Virus record (IMG/VR): IMGVR_UViG_2654587756_000002
Length of the DNA: 45,932 bases
Origin: a virus
Direction: 5' to 3' (one strand)
The position numbers were made by a program, and so were the translations under genes. Below, piece by piece: positions 41,308 to 45,932 of the stretch. The first letter of the stretch is position 1; each line of letters opens with the position of its first letter. The notes below the pieces were generated by a model. It was not told where the DNA came from, ran no database searches, and saw only the letters and a program-made list of their open reading frames with translations.

Positions 41308-42336
41308 TTAATCATAAGCTCGACATTCCAATATTGTATCTGCAATAAATGTCCAAGGTTGTTCTTTAGATAAAATAAATTTATATCCCAAATCCAAATG
41401 ATCAATCCAAGGTTTTATATCAAAAAAATCATCAACACTATGATAAATACTCAAAAATAAAATTGGCTTTTGAGTTTTTAATGTATTAATTGCTCCTTTA
41501 AGGAGATTTTTTTCTTCACCTTCAACATCTACCTTAATAAGACCAACATTTAAATTATTTTCTTCAACATAAGAATCAATCGTCATTGATTGAATTGAAA
41601 AAGAATTATCAAATTTTCGCCTATTTGAATCAGACGTTATTCCCTGATAATTATCTCCAGAGACATATAACTCCATTTCACCATTCTTATCACTTAATGA
41701 AGCTTGAACCGGTACAATATTAGTTATATTATTCAGTTTAATATTTTGAACCAGTTTTTCATAAGATTCTTGAAATGGTTCAAAAGCATAAACATTACTT
41801 GAAGTTAAATTTGATAAAGATATTGAGGAATCTCCAGTATAAGCACCAGCATCAATTATATCCTTATCTTTTAAGAATTCTTTATCTTTATCATTAAACG
41901 GGTCATTAGCAAAACAATGAATATTGAAATTATTATCAACAAATTCATAATCCAATATCTTATTTTCTGACATGCATTCTAATTCAAATTGAGAAAATCT
42001 ATTTTGTTCTTCAACTTCAAAATTATTGAATAAAGTATCCCTTTTCATAAAATTAACAGCGATAGCACGTAAATATGCAAATCTAAAATAATTTTGTGAT
42101 TCTTTAGGTAAATCTTTTATCATTTCAGATAATTTATCCCCAAAATCTTCTCGATAAAAATAATCTATATAATCCCAATCACAAAAACTTCCGGCATTTT
42201 TCTTAATCCTATTCTGATAAGAAATAAATTTAATTCTTTCTTTAAGTTCTTTATTTTCTTCTAGAAGCTTTTCATAATTTTCTTTATAAAAATTATATTG
42301 ATTACTTTTAGATAATAATTTATTTTTAAAATTCAT
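41308..42336 (-). CDS. FkbM-family SAM methyltransferase
   Basis: IIDAGAYTGD, VYAFEP, TIDSY and IKVDVEGEE. ATGA overlap with the upstream gene. Confidence 0.9.
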   Translation of the reverse strand: MNFKNKLLSKSNQYNFYKENYEKLLEENKELKERIKFISYQNRIKKNAGSFCDWDYIDYFYREDFGDKLSEMIKDLPKESQNYFRFAYLRAIAVNFMKRDTLFNNFEVEEQNRFSQFELECMSENKILDYEFVDNNFNIHCFANDPFNDKDKEFLKDKDIIDAGAYTGDSSISLSNLTSSNVYAFEPFQESYEKLVQNIKLNNITNIVPVQASLSDKNGEMELYVSGDNYQGITSDSNRRKFDNSFSIQSMTIDSYVEENNLNVGLIKVDVEGEEKNLLKGAINTLKTQKPILFLSIYHSVDDFFDIKPWIDHLDLGYKFILSKEQPWTFIADTILECRAYD

Positions 42337-45300
42337 AATTTTATAATAGCCTCATAAACTCGCTTACAATTATTTTTATCATTAAACATATAAAAATTAT
42401 CCACTCTTTTATTATATATCTCTTTCATATTACAATCAGTTTTCAAATATTCTTCAATTATATCAATTAATTCATCTTCATCTTTTGTAACTTCACCAAA
42501 CCCCATTGTTTCATAGTTAAAATACCTGTTTTTAAAATTATAATCATCCCCATATTGATAGTAAACAATAGGCTTCTTATTATATGAAAAATCAAATGCT
42601 ACACTTGAATAGTCTGTGATTAGTATAGAAGAATTATTGAATAATTCTTGATAGCGTGTTGATTCATCAAAAATAACTTCTTCTTTTTTATTAAATAAAT
42701 CAATGAATTCATAAACTTTAGGATGAGGTTTGAAAATAATTTTATATCCATATTCTTTAGCTAAATTAACTAACTTTTCATTATTAATTAACGAATTAAT
42801 TTTTTTAAAATACTCTGATTTATTAATTTGACTTTTATAAGTATATGATAAATTTTCTCTCCAAGAAGGCATTATTAAAATTTGTTTCTTATCTGAAATA
42901 TTCTCCAAACCATCAAATCTTGGAAAGCCCAATACTTGAACAACACCATCATTATAATTATACTTATATTGATAGAATGAATTTCGTTCTATCTCCGAAA
43001 CAGTTACTAAAAGTTCAATGTTTTTATCATATTTTTTTAGCCACATAGATATATCATCTTTAGTAACTCCATGCTGTAAGAATATTTTACCTGAATTTAT
43101 CAACCCAGAATAATATTTAATATTTTTACCCCAAAATGGATTTAAAATATTTTCATCAGGATGGGATGAAATAATTTTATCTGCAAATAAATATATTAAA
43201 CGTTGTTTAATAGAATAAAACGGAACAATATTATCCAAATTTTTTAATCTATTAAAATCATTTGAATCCTCACAAATAGTATAATACTTTTTAATTCGAT
43301 CATTTTGTTTAATAGAATATTTATAAAGATGTTCTGCATTATCATCAGCCTGATGGCGTCTATCCATAAATAACCAAATTTTTTTATTTCTATAAAATGG
43401 GAACAATAACAGATATAAAAATCTAAAAATCAATGCAGAAGTCCAATAAGGACCTTTTTTAATGAAAATATTTTTTAAAACAGGAATTTCTGATTTAATC
43501 ATGTTAAAATAATGATATCTTTTAATCACAAATCCTTTTCCATAGTATTTAATTAAATAATTATCCCAAATTGAATAGTTACTTACTTTAGACATTCTAG
43601 CATGACTTAAGAAATCCATTTCTAAATTGACAAAAACATCTTCTGATGAAGAATACTTAACATATAACCCAATAACAGATTGTTTATCTTCGGACAAGGG
43701 TACTTCAAAATCGAAATTAATAATTGATTCGGAAAATTCATCGGAAATACGATCTGAATACTCAATACATTTAGATGAATATTCAAAAATCTCATCATTA
43801 ATTTCTTTAGTTAATACTATCTCAATTTTATTTTTATCAAAAAATGATTTGAACATTCCTGAAATATACAGAGTATTTCTTTTTATTTCAATTATATCTA
43901 ACCAGAATTTATGTATAGATAAACGGTCAAGCAATATATCTCCAACATATATTACAACATCCCCATCTTCAATTTTTGTTGAAGTTTCAGAATCATATTT
44001 TGATTTTAAAAGATAGTTTTTAACATTTAATGTAACATTGCGATGTTTAAGAATTATTTCATCATCCAGAAACTTGGCAATATATTTAAGATTATTATAA
44101 AATTCCTCAGATTCATTATTCTTAGCTAATAACAATTGAACATTATTAGAATAAAATATCCACTGAATATCATAAATAATCATGTATTGAATAAACTTTG
44201 GGACAAGAGAATATTTTTCAAGAGAATAATTTATTAAATTAATAAAATAATTTTTTAGGCGATTATTATAAAAGTTTATACTCTTATTTGAAGTATCAAT
44301 TGTAGAAGATTCATCGAAACGTTTTCTATAATTATATGCTCCTTTTTTAACAACACCATAAGCCATTTTTTCTAAAAGAATTTTATTTACCATTATTGAA
44401 TCTTCAGAACTAACTAGATTAGTATCAAATTCAAACTTGTCAAAAAGTTCTGATTTAAAAAAGGCAGAAGATGCTGAAAGTTGAGGATAACACCAAAATT
44501 TATTCAAATCAACTACTTTATCTGTTTTATATTTATAATTTAACTTGTGATCTCCTTTTTGCCTTTCAAAAAATCTAATTGGAATAGAAACCAAATCTAT
44601 ATCATCAAAATGTTTTTCAAAAAAAGGAAAAACATATTCTAATGTATCTGCCCTCAATGTATCATCAGAATCTAAAAAATTTACGTATTTACCATTTATG
44701 TGTTTTAATCCTAAATTACGTGCACTGGCTTGGCCTTGATTTTCTTGATAGAAATATTTGATATTATCGGGATAATTATTCACATAATTAAGACAGATTT
44801 CAGAGGTTTTATCAGTGCTTCCATCATCGACTAAAATAAGTTCAACATTACTTTCAAAACCAAAACTTTGATTGATTACGGATTCGATAGCATCAGAAAT
44901 ATAATTTTCAACATTGTAACAGGCCATTACAATAGAAAACAATTTATATTTATCATTAATCACAAAATCGTCATAGTCAACTGAATTAATTAATAAATTT
45001 ACACGATGCTTTATTTTTAAACTTAAATTATCTTTAATTTCATTATCTTGCAATAATTGAATTAACAATTCTTTAAGAGAATAAAAAAAAGATTTTCTAT
45101 ATTTATTTGAAGTTTGTGAATAACGCCACAACATTAAATGTATAAACCTGTTAGATACATTAACTTTATAGTCATGCCAATTGTTTGTTTCAATGAATTT
45201 TTCTATGATTAACTTAAAAATAGGCACTATATCAGAATAATCTTTATATTCTGTTTTTTCAACGGTAGAACCTTCACGATTGATTCTATAATAATATAAT

Positions 45301-45932
45301 GTTTCATCAACAATAGAAACTTTATTTGCTTTAAGATATACATCATAAAAAAAAACTTCATCCTCAAAAATTAGATTTTCAGCAAATTTAATATTATGCT
45401 TTTTAATAAAAGAATTTTTATATAGTTTATTATATGGAGTTACTGAAATTTCACAGGTAAACTCCATTGTATCTTTATGGGAAAAAACATCTCTTTCAAA
45501 ATCTTTGAAAATTCCTAAAGAATAATACCATAAACTATCATTAATTTCATTTGTTAATTCATCATATGATGCTACTTTACACATCACCAAATCAAGATTA
45601 GACTTTTTAGAAGAATTATATAATTTTTCAAGCATATCCTCTTTGATAAAATCATCACTATCAACAAAAGCAATATACTCACCAATTGCCTTATCAATAC
45701 CAATATTTCGAGCAATACCCTGTCCTTCATTATCTTTATCAATAATTTTAATACGATTATCAATTTTTTGATAATTTTTAAGAATTTCTAATGAATTATC
45801 TGCAGACCCATCATTAATACATATAATTTCAATATTGCTTAATGTTTGATTAAGAACACTATCTAAACATTTTGGTAAAAATAATTCTGTATTATAAACA
45901 GGAATAATAACAGAAACTGCAATTGAATTCAT
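42333..45932 (-). CDS. GT2-GT2-TagF-like (CDP-glycerol/ribitol glycerophosphotransferase) fusion
   Basis: Two GT2 domains (FVDSDD, FLDSDD), then IFLQHG, GFPRFD, LIMPSWR, FKPHP and LITDYSSVAFDF. ATG is at the last three bases of the window. Confidence 0.9.
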   Translation of the reverse strand: MNSIAVSVIIPVYNTELFLPKCLDSVLNQTLSNIEIICINDGSADNSLEILKNYQKIDNRIKIIDKDNEGQGIARNIGIDKAIGEYIAFVDSDDFIKEDMLEKLYNSSKKSNLDLVMCKVASYDELTNEINDSLWYYSLGIFKDFERDVFSHKDTMEFTCEISVTPYNKLYKNSFIKKHNIKFAENLIFEDEVFFYDVYLKANKVSIVDETLYYYRINREGSTVEKTEYKDYSDIVPIFKLIIEKFIETNNWHDYKVNVSNRFIHLMLWRYSQTSNKYRKSFFYSLKELLIQLLQDNEIKDNLSLKIKHRVNLLINSVDYDDFVINDKYKLFSIVMACYNVENYISDAIESVINQSFGFESNVELILVDDGSTDKTSEICLNYVNNYPDNIKYFYQENQGQASARNLGLKHINGKYVNFLDSDDTLRADTLEYVFPFFEKHFDDIDLVSIPIRFFERQKGDHKLNYKYKTDKVVDLNKFWCYPQLSASSAFFKSELFDKFEFDTNLVSSEDSIMVNKILLEKMAYGVVKKGAYNYRKRFDESSTIDTSNKSINFYNNRLKNYFINLINYSLEKYSLVPKFIQYMIIYDIQWIFYSNNVQLLLAKNNESEEFYNNLKYIAKFLDDEIILKHRNVTLNVKNYLLKSKYDSETSTKIEDGDVVIYVGDILLDRLSIHKFWLDIIEIKRNTLYISGMFKSFFDKNKIEIVLTKEINDEIFEYSSKCIEYSDRISDEFSESIINFDFEVPLSEDKQSVIGLYVKYSSSEDVFVNLEMDFLSHARMSKVSNYSIWDNYLIKYYGKGFVIKRYHYFNMIKSEIPVLKNIFIKKGPYWTSALIFRFLYLLLFPFYRNKKIWLFMDRRHQADDNAEHLYKYSIKQNDRIKKYYTICEDSNDFNRLKNLDNIVPFYSIKQRLIYLFADKIISSHPDENILNPFWGKNIKYYSGLINSGKIFLQHGVTKDDISMWLKKYDKNIELLVTVSEIERNSFYQYKYNYNDGVVQVLGFPRFDGLENISDKKQILIMPSWRENLSYTYKSQINKSEYFKKINSLINNEKLVNLAKEYGYKIIFKPHPKVYEFIDLFNKKEEVIFDESTRYQELFNNSSILITDYSSVAFDFSYNKKPIVYYQYGDDYNFKNRYFNYETMGFGEVTKDEDELIDIIEEYLKTDCNMKEIYNKRVDNFYMFNDKNNCKRVYEAIIKL

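Noticed and set aside
6108-42336. Methyltransferases as DNA methylases of a restriction-modification or defence island
   Set aside because: No DPPY/NPPY or PC motif, no nuclease or specificity genes, and the context is entirely glycan biosynthesis.
1-45932. tRNA, rRNA, riboswitch or other structured RNA
   Set aside because: No GC-rich structured intergenic segment was seen. Small RNAs cannot be excluded without a covariance-model search.

Overview
This is a very AT-rich surface-glycan (capsule, cell-wall polysaccharide or glycoprotein glycan) biosynthesis locus from a methanogenic archaeon. The host is probably Methanobacteriaceae, Methanobrevibacter-like; that is inferred from GGTGA/GGAGG Shine-Dalgarno sites, TATA-like promoters and the IS families present. 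The left end carries ahcY, ugd, a CatB-like O-acetyltransferase and rfbA-rfbC-rfbB, with no rfbD in the window. Next comes a minus-strand run of two methyltransferases, a repeat-module/AlgJ-like O-acetyltransferase, a methyltransferase-coiled-coil protein and a 1770-aa multidomain glycosyltransferase. A divergent two-gene glycosyltransferase cassette follows, sitting behind a 70-bp duplicated promoter, and its second gene is frameshifted in a T7 run. From about 20.9 to 34.6 kb is an IS graveyard: one intact IS4-family element, a decayed IS1182, four ISM1/ISNCY-like relics and a split IS5-type relic. The only intact non-transposase genes there are three methyltransferase paralogues. The right end holds GT2 enzymes, an LbH acyltransferase, an FkbM methyltransferase and a GT2-GT2-TagF fusion. 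The most striking feature is the decorating capacity: 8 intact plus 1 broken SAM methyltransferases of 4 families and 3 acetyltransferases. They come with shared non-catalytic modules (a ~36-aa repeat, coiled-coil tails and a YNFYKE motif) that suggest a modular glycan assembly line. No rRNA, tRNA or CRISPR array was seen. All family calls are by motif recognition and all counts are by hand; no database searches were run.
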